This document shows, piece after piece, positions 63,831-64,000 of a stretch of 64,000 bases of DNA. Numbering within the stretch: position 1 is the stretch's first letter; each line of letters starts with the position of its first letter. The translations under genes and the position numbers were made by a program. This stretch comes from Phycisphaerae bacterium (lineage in GTDB: Bacteria; Planctomycetota; Phycisphaerae; Phycisphaerales; SM1A02), in the NCBI GenBank assembly GCA_018701395.1, contig JABIWU010000051.1, positions 895 to 64,894 of the forward strand, written 5' to 3'. The notes beneath the pieces were generated by a model. It was not told the DNA's origin. It was given only the letters and a program-made list of their open reading frames with translations, and searched no databases.

Positions 63831-63890
63831 AACTTTTAGTGATCCATAAAGGGGTCAGTGAACGAGGGAAAAATGAATAATTTCAAGAAA

Positions 63891-64000
63891 TTAACTAGTG
63901 GTATCGGCTGTTACTTGTTCGATGCTTTCGCGAAGAACGGTGATTCGTGTATTTGATGATTCATCAACTTTCAACACAACTCGGTCAGGTTTTATTTCAA
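63891..64000 (-). CDS. yajC: Preprotein translocase subunit YajC, C-terminal part (truncated by window edge)
   Basis: Hand translation of the minus strand gives EIKPDRVVLKVDESSNTRITVLRESIEQVTADTTS* with the stop at 63891-63893. This is a YajC-like C-terminal pattern in the classic position upstream of secDF. Confidence 0.55.
   Translation of the reverse strand, partial: EIKPDRVVLKVDESSNTRITVLRESIEQVTADTTS

Noticed and set aside
1-64000. CRISPR arrays, rRNA genes, intact IS elements or prophage blocks
   Set aside because: Scanning all intergenic regions of about 50 nt or more showed no regularly spaced repeats, no rRNA-like sequence, and no transposase or terminal inverted repeats. The only mobile-element trace is the integrase remnant at 46950-47230.

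Overview
Gene-dense window (roughly 90% coding, both strands, moderate-to-low GC by eye). It looks like chromosomal DNA of a PVC-superphylum, Planctomycetota-like bacterium. Pointers to that placement: a TIGR04137-type small basic protein, a giant fused SecDF, a dockerin-tailed beta-helix protein, and planctomycete-style integrase and Ser/Thr-kinase N-terminal fragments. Most genes are housekeeping: folK, cinA, pyrF, acpS, moaB/moaE, nth, recX, cdsA, nrdR-thrS-infC, glyA, trmL, ogt, ugd, typA, smc, yajC-secDF and an EF-G paralogue. A long plus-strand respiratory operon spans 32.7-41.9 kb. It encodes a caa3-type cytochrome c oxidase, three c-type cytochromes, a Rieske/cytochrome b complex, a CtaG-FixG-like fusion and a FixH-like protein. 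The most interesting locus follows it after only 12 nt (41949-46827). It has two small paralogous W-x-D helical-hairpin (WXG100-like) proteins flanking a coiled-coil protein, then a 1265-aa membrane-anchored FtsK/SpoIIIE ATPase with three P-loop domains (EssC/EccC-like). This is a minimal type VII secretion-like module in a diderm lineage. It is followed by tRNA-Val(UAC) flanked by a 10-bp direct repeat. Next comes a small decayed island (46.95-49.5 kb) with an integrase C-terminal remnant, a small lipoprotein, a beta-helix/dockerin protein and a nonsense-disrupted kinase fragment. I saw no rRNA, CRISPR array or intact mobile element. All functional calls come from motif recognition by eye on the supplied translations; no searches were run.
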